64,000 bases of DNA, taken from NCBI GenBank assembly GCA_002309765.1, contig DBXY01000052.1, positions 84,210 to 148,209 on the forward strand. The letters run 5' to 3'. The notes beneath the pieces are model-generated. The model saw only the letters and a list, made by a program, of their open reading frames with translations, searched no databases and was not told where the DNA came from. The DNA comes from Verrucomicrobia bacterium UBA1200 (GTDB lineage: Bacteria > Verrucomicrobiota > Kiritimatiellia > RFP12 > UBA1067). Position 1 is the stretch's first letter. Each line of letters opens with the position of its first letter. The position numbers and the translations under genes were made by a program. Of this stretch, positions 54,484-61,686 are shown piece by piece.

Positions 54484-54606
54484 ATCGACTTCCTTTCTTG
54501 GCACCTTACGCCCGGTGCCATCGGGCAAACTGATCACCACAATTGTTCAAACACGCGATTTAAACGATTGATTAACTAGGTTTATTGCCAACAATTTTAA
54601 TTTTTT

Positions 54607-55806
54607 TTACAAATCGTTCACCGGCGGCACCTCCAGCGATTGCCACTTGGGCGGCGGAGGCGGCGGAGTGTCATCGTTGGGATTGATTTGCGCGTCGGCG
54701 TTGTTCTTAAGCACCGCGTCCACAAAAGCAACCATGCGCAACCCTTCCGGCGGACTCACGAAGTCCAACCCCGGATCGGGATTGATAATCTTGCCGGCCT
54801 TGGCAAAGGCGGCGAAGCTGAGATACGACTTTGCCAGCGCGTCAACATACGCCTCGTTGTTCCCAAACGGCGTCGGCGGGCAGAACGGGGTCGGCGGCGG
54901 CACCGACTCGCCGATAGAGGTGACGGAACCGTCCACCGCCCGCAACCGGATAACGCCGGGGTCAATCTGCTTCCAAAGCATCGCGGCCCTGTCACCGTAA
55001 ATCTGAAACGATAATCCGTCTGCCGCCCCGGTCTCGATCTGGCTGGCCAGGAAATAACCGCGCACCCCGTTGTTGAAACGGGCCAGCACGGTACAATCGT
55101 CATCAATCACCCGTCCCGGAACCGTCGGGCGCATATCGGAGGTGAGGTCAACCACCGAGAGCCCGGTAAGCCACTCCGCAAGATAGAAACAGTGCGAAGC
55201 CAAATCCGCCAGACATCCCGCCGGACCGCCGCGGCGCGGATCGGAACGCCACAGCGCCTGACGGTTCCCGGCATTCTCAATCCGGGGCGCCATCCACCCC
55301 AGCCGATACTCCACCACCACTTTGCGGATGGTGCCGAGCGCCTTTTCCTCCAGCATCGCCTTGGCCTTGCGAAGCGCCGGGTAAGCCGGGTAAACCATCG
55401 CCACCCCGAACGGAACCTGGTTCGCGGTCATTTTACGCATCAGGTTCAGCGCCTCGTCGATATTACAGGTGAATGGCTTTTCGCAGAAAATCGGGAAATG
55501 CGCGTCCAGGGCGGACATTGAGATGGGATAGTGCATGGCGTTGGAGGTGACGATGGAGACAAAATCCACCCGTTCCTCCGGCGGCAGGAACGCTTCCCTC
55601 CGGAAGAAATCCCGATATGTCCCGTAAACCCGGTTCGCCTGCAAGTTAAGCGCCCGGCCCGTTTCGTAAGATGAGTTCCGGTTAGAACCAAATGCACCGC
55701 TAACCAATTCAATGCAACCGCATTTCTTAATCGCGCGCCGGTGGATCTCGCCCATGAACGAGTCTTTGCCACCGCCAATCATGCCTATTTTAAGTGTATC
55801 TGCCAT
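54607..55806 (-). CDS. Gfo/Idh/MocA-family oxidoreductase (cytoplasmic, poly-Pro C-terminal tail)
   Basis: Start at the ATG at 55806 (MADTLKIGMIGGGKDSFMGEIH, Rossmann motif). Core motif CEKPF. C-terminus ...PPPPPPKWQSLEVPP. Confidence 0.7.
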   Translation of the reverse strand: MADTLKIGMIGGGKDSFMGEIHRRAIKKCGCIELVSGAFGSNRNSSYETGRALNLQANRVYGTYRDFFRREAFLPPEERVDFVSIVTSNAMHYPISMSALDAHFPIFCEKPFTCNIDEALNLMRKMTANQVPFGVAMVYPAYPALRKAKAMLEEKALGTIRKVVVEYRLGWMAPRIENAGNRQALWRSDPRRGGPAGCLADLASHCFYLAEWLTGLSVVDLTSDMRPTVPGRVIDDDCTVLARFNNGVRGYFLASQIETGAADGLSFQIYGDRAAMLWKQIDPGVIRLRAVDGSVTSIGESVPPPTPFCPPTPFGNNEAYVDALAKSYLSFAAFAKAGKIINPDPGLDFVSPPEGLRMVAFVDAVLKNNADAQINPNDDTPPPPPPKWQSLEVPPVNDL

Positions 55807-55957
55807 ATGCGCCACTCTACTTTCTGCGGCAATAGCTATCCCGGACAAACCGGAACACACCGCTTAACTGTAACGTATCATATATTAAAAGGGACTGTGT
55901 TGGCAAGCGAAAAAAAATTTTTTGCGGCAACCGTTCGGTTTTACCCCAAACGCGGGG

Positions 55958-56614
55958 TTAAAACCCCAAATCGTCATTGACCACCAAAACGTGGAAATCG
56001 GTCCGTTGGGGCTTGCGCTCAAAAACGGCGGTGACATTGCAAATGCGATCGGGCGAAGCGCAGTCGGCGCACATTCCGGTCATGGCGCAAGGAGTGTTTT
56101 TGCCCAACCGCATCGCATTGGGCGGCGAAGCCTGCTGCCTGACGCGCTTACAGGCGTCTTCGATGCCGCCATCGACGATTTTATTGCGACCCACCGTCAA
56201 AATGACCTTTTTCGGACCAAAAATCATAGCCGCCACCCGGTTGCCGACCCCGTCGACATTAACCAGCACCCCGTCAATGGTTACCGCGTTAGCGCTGGCG
56301 AGAAAAAGATCGCAAGTCAGCTGGCGGCGCATCACCATCATTTTTTCTTCCGGGGTTAGGTTCGGGTTGCCGTGAATCAGCAGTTCCTTGCCCATCGACT
56401 GCAACGGTTCGGTCACCTGAAGGTCGGAGACGGTCATCGACCCGCCGAAACCCACCGATTGGGCGTCCTCGGCCTGTTTCAAGATGTATTCCGCCGCGTC
56501 TGAAGCGGCGGGGCAATAAACCGACGTGAAATTGCGCCGCTCCAACGCCTTAACCACGGCCAAGCACTTTTTCTCCCAAAGCCAATTCATCATTCCGCGG
56601 GTACGCTCCGACAT
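55958..56614 (-). CDS. LUD-domain (LutC/YkgG-like lactate-utilisation family) protein with a C-terminal Cys cluster
   Basis: Start at the ATG at 56614 (MSERTRGMMNW). The LUD/DUF162 core (LKQAEDAQSVGFGGSMTV...ANAVTIDGVLVNVDGVGNR) is followed by CAMTGMCADCASPDRIC. Confidence 0.55.
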   Translation of the reverse strand: MSERTRGMMNWLWEKKCLAVVKALERRNFTSVYCPAASDAAEYILKQAEDAQSVGFGGSMTVSDLQVTEPLQSMGKELLIHGNPNLTPEEKMMVMRRQLTCDLFLASANAVTIDGVLVNVDGVGNRVAAMIFGPKKVILTVGRNKIVDGGIEDACKRVRQQASPPNAMRLGKNTPCAMTGMCADCASPDRICNVTAVFERKPQRTDFHVLVVNDDLGF

Positions 56615-56705
56615 TTTCCGCCCCCTATTGTAAGTCTGGCCGCCCGGCAACCGCCGGACGGCCATTGAAGATTGGACCTGACATCAAAAATCAGGCCGTT
56701 ACCGG

Positions 56706-58991
56706 TTATTTGTAACTGATCGTGGTGATGCCGACATCGATGTACGCGCCGCCAACCTTGTTGCCAACGCTCACCGCCAAAACGTTGCGCCCCTGCTTCA
56801 AAGCGCGGCGGAACACCGCCTGATCCAGCTCGATGTCTTCATACTTGATGTTGTATCCGCTCAACTTGGCGATTTCGACCCCGTTGAGGTAAACCACCGC
56901 ATCCTCGTCGTAGAAGCACTTGAGGGCGAATTCGCCTGCGGCAGACAAATCGCCGGAGAAATCAAAGGTGCGCCGGACCCACAGTTTGGGGGAATCCCAC
57001 AACGTGCGGACCACCGCATTATCCTTGGCGTCACGCTTGATGATCTCGTTGCCGAAACCAGCCTCACCGCTCTTCCACGACGAATCGTTGAATTCCGGCT
57101 TCATCCAACCGTCAGCGGGTTGCGAGGTGGTGTACTGCCACTTGGCGGCAGCCGCCTGGGAGGTCGGCAGGATATCCTTGTAAACCGCGATGCGGGTGTC
57201 GGCGGCGGCCGTGTAAACCGCGTCGTGCAGTTTCTTCAGCTCCGCCCGGTTGTACTTCTCGTGCTTGCGGTCGTAGGTGACCAAACCGTTGATCTCGGAT
57301 TCCACGTCCGTGGTCTGGGTGTAAACCGAGGCCGCAAGACCTTTCTTGGCCAACTTCGCCAATTTGCGCATCAAAGCGGTGTAACGGGCGAAAGAAGCCT
57401 CGGTGGTGGTATCGGAGACATACCCCCAGTTCTTGCTGTTCTCGCGCCACAGGTGCCCGGAAATCGACAGCCCGATGCCGCCGAACTCGCCCAGCACCGA
57501 GACGCGGTTGTCCATCACGTCAAACATTCCGGGACCGGGATAGTTGTGCATATCGCGGGTATCGCCCACCCCGTAATCGTTCCAGCCCGACGGACCGTCA
57601 ACCAACCGGGTGGGATCGTAACGCTTAACCCAGTTCTGGGTCATGTTGGTCTTCGCGGCGGCCGGCTGGCCCCAGCTCTCGTTGTACGGCACCCACATCA
57701 CGATGCACGGGAAGGTTTGCAACAGGTCGATCATCCCCTTCAGTTCCTTGCGGTACTCGGCGTAACGCTCGTCCTGGTTGCCCCAACCGCTCACCATGTC
57801 CTGCCAAATCATAATGCCCATCTTGTCGCAGAGGTAGTAGTAGCGCAACGGCTCGACCTTGATGTGCTTGCGCATCATGTTGAACCCAACGCCTTTGAGC
57901 AGGTCGATGTCGTACTTCATCGCCGCCTCGGAGGGCGGGGTCAAGAGCCCGTCCGGCCACCAGCCCTGATCAAGCGTACCCTGCATGTAGCACATTTCGT
58001 TGTTCAGGTAAAAGCGCGGAACGCCCTTTTCATCCTTGCGCCACTCGACCTTGCGCATTCCGAAGTAACCGTTCACAACGTCATCGGCGCTGTCGGGGGC
58101 CTCCAGCGTAATTTCCAAACCGTAAAGGTTAGGATTGGCGGGCGACCACAACTGCGCGTCCTTCACCGGCAGCACCACCGGTTTCCCCCAGCTTTTAACT
58201 TTGCCGCTGGAGACCACTTTGTCGCCGTATTTCACCTTCAGGCTGACCTTGGCATTGGAGAGGTCGCCCTCGGCCTGGACGGTAACCGCCACCGTTCCGG
58301 CATCGATATCCGTGACCACCTTGTAACCGGTGATGTAGGTGGCAGGGACTACTTCGGCCCAAACGGTCTGCCAAATGCCGGAAACGCGGGTGTACATGCA
58401 TCCGCCCGGCTTGCAGTGCTGCTTGCCCATGCTCTGGGTGAAACGTCCGTCACTGTTGGTCGGGTCCCAAACCGACACCACCAGTTCGTTCGCACCCTGC
58501 ACCGCCGCGTCGGTAATGTCAATCGTAAAAGGCTGGTTGCCGCCGGTGTGCGGGGCATCGGTGACCTCAATGCCGTTGACGAACACCTGCGCCCGGTAAT
58601 CGACCGCGCCAAAGTGCAGCAACAGTCTTTCCTTAGAGGAATCGAACTTGGCATCGAACGACCGCTTGTACCAAAGCTGCTCCGGCGTTTCCATCAAATG
58701 CTTCACGCCGGAAAGCGCGGATTCCACGCAGAACGGCACCAGAATCTCGCCCTGCCACTCTTCCGGAACCCCGTCTTCGCGCTTGTTGATGCTGTACTGC
58801 CACAAACCGTTCAGATTCTGCCAGTTCTCGCGCACCAGGTTCGGCCGCGGATACTCCGTCCACGCCGTTTCCGGGGTTATCTTCTCACCCCAAACCGTCA
58901 TCAGCGGGTTCTCCGCCGGAGCGTAAGCCAATGACTCACCCGCCACCATCAGCCCCGCTACCGCCACGGTCAAACCAATCAACTTATTCAT
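56706..58991 (-). CDS. secreted GH2-family glycoside hydrolase (beta-galactosidase / beta-mannosidase / glucuronidase type)
   Basis: Signal peptide. GH2 sugar-binding jelly-roll, Ig-like domain and TIM-barrel catalytic region (NMMRKHIKVEP...WVPYNESWG acid/base region). Confidence 0.75.
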   Translation of the reverse strand: MNKLIGLTVAVAGLMVAGESLAYAPAENPLMTVWGEKITPETAWTEYPRPNLVRENWQNLNGLWQYSINKREDGVPEEWQGEILVPFCVESALSGVKHLMETPEQLWYKRSFDAKFDSSKERLLLHFGAVDYRAQVFVNGIEVTDAPHTGGNQPFTIDITDAAVQGANELVVSVWDPTNSDGRFTQSMGKQHCKPGGCMYTRVSGIWQTVWAEVVPATYITGYKVVTDIDAGTVAVTVQAEGDLSNAKVSLKVKYGDKVVSSGKVKSWGKPVVLPVKDAQLWSPANPNLYGLEITLEAPDSADDVVNGYFGMRKVEWRKDEKGVPRFYLNNEMCYMQGTLDQGWWPDGLLTPPSEAAMKYDIDLLKGVGFNMMRKHIKVEPLRYYYLCDKMGIMIWQDMVSGWGNQDERYAEYRKELKGMIDLLQTFPCIVMWVPYNESWGQPAAAKTNMTQNWVKRYDPTRLVDGPSGWNDYGVGDTRDMHNYPGPGMFDVMDNRVSVLGEFGGIGLSISGHLWRENSKNWGYVSDTTTEASFARYTALMRKLAKLAKKGLAASVYTQTTDVESEINGLVTYDRKHEKYNRAELKKLHDAVYTAAADTRIAVYKDILPTSQAAAAKWQYTTSQPADGWMKPEFNDSSWKSGEAGFGNEIIKRDAKDNAVVRTLWDSPKLWVRRTFDFSGDLSAAGEFALKCFYDEDAVVYLNGVEIAKLSGYNIKYEDIELDQAVFRRALKQGRNVLAVSVGNKVGGAYIDVGITTISYK

Positions 58992-59170
58992 GCGTTAATT
59001 CCTTTCAAATAAGATTAAAAACTACGGATTTCCGCGGAAACCGGCCGCCCGCCGCGATTGCAAATGTGACTCAAGCAACCCAATCGCCGCCGACAGACAT
59101 TTCCTTGAAAACGTAAAAAGCATAACACAAAACAACCGGTGAAGTAAAGCCGCATTTTTGTGCATAAGTT

Positions 59171-59274
59171 GGATGGTTAGGTGGTTAGGTGGTTGGGTGG
59201 TTGGGTGGTTTGATTTAGTCGCTAGTCGATCTAGTTATTCTAGTTAATCTAGTCAATCTAGTCAATCTAGTCAA
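59171..59274. repeat. two adjacent short tandem repeat arrays in the GH127-GH2 intergenic region
   Basis: (GGTGGTTR)x5 at about 59171-59211, followed by (TCTAGTYAW)x5 at about 59230-59274. The second array is preceded by the degenerate copies TAGTCGC / TAGTCGA. A GACTTC(A/G) doublet and a TTCWTT-rich tract follow, up to about 59345. Confidence 0.8.
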
Positions 59275-59371
59275 AAGACTTCAGACTTCGGACATAAGAC
59301 ATCCAGCCTCTAGCGACTACCTGCCCCCTAATTCTTCATTCTTCTCTCTTCATTTTTCATTTCCAAGCAGA

Positions 59372-61312
59372 CTATTTCGCTTTTGGAAGCCATGTCTGGA
59401 CGTGCTTGCCATTCCAACCATTGACGGAGGCGTAGTCGCACATGGTGATGAATCCGTCCTTGGTGGGGACGCGGAACTCAAGCCGGTGCGCCGGCGACTG
59501 GGGTACGATCCGTTCAACGGCCACGGTACCGTCCGCGCCCGCTTTGATCGCGACCGGGGCGGCATAGTTCGGATCCGTGTTCTCGTCGCGAGAAAGCGCG
59601 ATGGGACCCCACGTAACCGCCTGGAACGGGGCGGAGGCGTGGTTGCGTCCGACCGGCGCGTCGAGCAGGCGCGCCTTGAAGTCGAATGTCACGGCGACCT
59701 TGTCGCCCGCACGCCATGCGCGCGCCAGTTTCAGGTACTTCCCGGGGATAACCTCGCTGACTGGCTCGCCGTTGATAGTAACGGTTGTCTTTTCGCTCCA
59801 TGCCGGGATGCGCAGGGAGATTGTGAAGGATTCCTCGCGCGCGGGCGAAACGGTCATGCGCCACCCGCCCATGTCGAGCAAGTCGCCTTCCGCCGCTAAG
59901 CGAATCTCGCCGCCCGACGCGGTTTTTGCAACAGCCGAGCCGGCGTTATACAGGTTCACGACCGGACCATCCTGCGCCTGCATCACCGCCACGAAGGGGA
60001 TGTACGCAAGGCCCATCGGCCCGTTCAAATTGCAACAGGTGACGGGGCCGCTCTCGAACGTCCAGCCCCACCCCTTGTTCGTCACCTTTTCGCCGTTGAG
60101 CAGGTTCACGTAACTGAACCCGTCACCGTTCGGCTTCATCGCGCCAAGCAGCCCGTTGTAAACGTAGAGTTCAATGGCGTCCGCCGCCCGCACGTCGCCG
60201 GTCAGGCGCAGAACCTGGCTTGCGTACTTCATCCACGTCACGCCTACGCACGTCTCCATCATCCGCGTCATGTCGGGGTTCGACTGCTCGGCGGCCGTGT
60301 TGTCCCACGCCTCGCCGAACCAGCGCGGCCAGTGCGGGTAGTTTCCGCCGCCGTTGCCAACGATCGTGATTTCGTGTCGCAGCACGCTGTCGAAATACTT
60401 GACCACCGCCTCGCTCGCCGACGTATCACCCGTCACGCGGCTCCATTCGGCAAGACCCTCAAAAACGGATGTCATCTCGTAAGCCTTCGGGTACGGCTCG
60501 CCCATCCGCCACGGCATCGTACCCGTGCGGGCCTGCTCAAAGAGGTTGCTCCCTTTAGCGCCGCCGCACTCGATAATGTAGCGCGCGAAGTCGAGGTAGT
60601 CCTTGCGTCCGGTTAGCTTGTACAAGCGCATGAACGGTTCCAGCAGCGACGACGATTCGATACAGTTCGGGCTCCACCCGATCTCGCGGATATCGCGCTT
60701 CGGCGCGGGGCCGACCTGACGGATGATGCAGTCCGCCTGGCGCTGGAGCGAGGCCAGCACCTCCGGACGGCGTTCCACCCATTCGTAGTAGTCCTCCAGC
60801 CCCAGCATCACGTACTTCCGCTCCCACAGGTCGCCGCAGTGCGGATGCGAATGGCCATCGCCGCCGGGCTGCAGCTCATCCGGCACGCAGCTGACGCTGC
60901 CGTTCGGCCGCTCCGTCGCGAGGATGTCCGCGACTGCGGTGTCCAGCACCGCCTTTAACCCGGGGTCGCGCAGATGGCGGTACTGCATGGCCCCGGACCG
61001 CACGAATTTCCCCCACATCTCGCCGAGCGCGAACTGGGGCCGCCCCTCCCTGAAGAATGCCGCGAATTCATGGTACGGCACGTTCCCCTTGTGCCAATTC
61101 GCGACGCTCTTTTCAATCGGCACCTCCAACCCGCCCGAAAGTCTAACGGCACCGGCGGGAAGCGGCTCCATCACGTCTCGCACCGCACACTTCACCTGTT
61201 CGGCCGGCGCCGCAGGGGTGGTGTCGGCATATACCGCGCCGACCATAACAGCGGCGGACAGAAGGATTGCGAACGATTTTCCTCTACGGGATTCTTTCTT
61301 CACGGCATTCAC
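59372..61312 (-). CDS. secreted GH127-family (DUF1680) beta-L-arabinofuranosidase-like glycoside hydrolase
   Basis: Signal peptide MNAVKKESRRGKSFAILLSAAVMVGAVYA. The DUF1680/GH127 (alpha/alpha)6 domain carries a conserved Cys-rich zinc region (CCNLNGPMG). Confidence 0.7.
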   Translation of the reverse strand: MNAVKKESRRGKSFAILLSAAVMVGAVYADTTPAAPAEQVKCAVRDVMEPLPAGAVRLSGGLEVPIEKSVANWHKGNVPYHEFAAFFREGRPQFALGEMWGKFVRSGAMQYRHLRDPGLKAVLDTAVADILATERPNGSVSCVPDELQPGGDGHSHPHCGDLWERKYVMLGLEDYYEWVERRPEVLASLQRQADCIIRQVGPAPKRDIREIGWSPNCIESSSLLEPFMRLYKLTGRKDYLDFARYIIECGGAKGSNLFEQARTGTMPWRMGEPYPKAYEMTSVFEGLAEWSRVTGDTSASEAVVKYFDSVLRHEITIVGNGGGNYPHWPRWFGEAWDNTAAEQSNPDMTRMMETCVGVTWMKYASQVLRLTGDVRAADAIELYVYNGLLGAMKPNGDGFSYVNLLNGEKVTNKGWGWTFESGPVTCCNLNGPMGLAYIPFVAVMQAQDGPVVNLYNAGSAVAKTASGGEIRLAAEGDLLDMGGWRMTVSPAREESFTISLRIPAWSEKTTVTINGEPVSEVIPGKYLKLARAWRAGDKVAVTFDFKARLLDAPVGRNHASAPFQAVTWGPIALSRDENTDPNYAAPVAIKAGADGTVAVERIVPQSPAHRLEFRVPTKDGFITMCDYASVNGWNGKHVQTWLPKAK

Positions 61313-61345
61313 CCTCTCTTTCCTTCCTTAAGACTCCTCTTGCCC

Positions 61346-61418
61346 TAAAAGATCGTTTGACCACTCTTGCCCAAAGTCAAACGTATGTTATCACTTTTAT
61401 CCGTTATACGCAATCCGA
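61346..61418. promoter_or_regulatory. two inverted-repeat candidate operator sites upstream of the giant-protein gene at 61687
   Basis: GTTTGAC-N14-GTCAAAC (about 61346-61373) and ACGCAAT-CCGATT-ATTGCGT (about 61399-61418), lying 270-340 nt upstream of the start codon. Confidence 0.3.
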
Positions 61419-61686
61419 TTATTGCGTTTATTGATGGGCGAGGAGACGTTTTCCAAGTCAGCTTTGTAAACGGCCGGCCCGCAAATGGCGGTTTACGGAG
61501 ACGACGTTATAACGGCGGTTTTATGGCAAATCGCGGTCGCGATGCGCCCGCTAGCGCCACATTTTACCCCCCAAAAACCGCGAAAAATCGATTTTTGGCG
61601 AAAATATAACCTTTTTTTTGTGAAAAGATTATTTCCTTTTCCCATGATTTGTGGTATTATTAGTTTTGTTGAAAGGAGATTCGGTT

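Noticed and set aside
57120-58934. 604-aa plus-strand ORF opposite the GH2 gene
   Set aside because: Frame shadow; the minus-strand protein carries GH2 catalytic motifs and a signal peptide.
59171-59274. Possible CRISPR array, because short direct repeats are present
   Set aside because: The repeat units are only 8-9 bp and contiguous with no spacers, and no cas genes are nearby. They are simple tandem repeats, not CRISPR.
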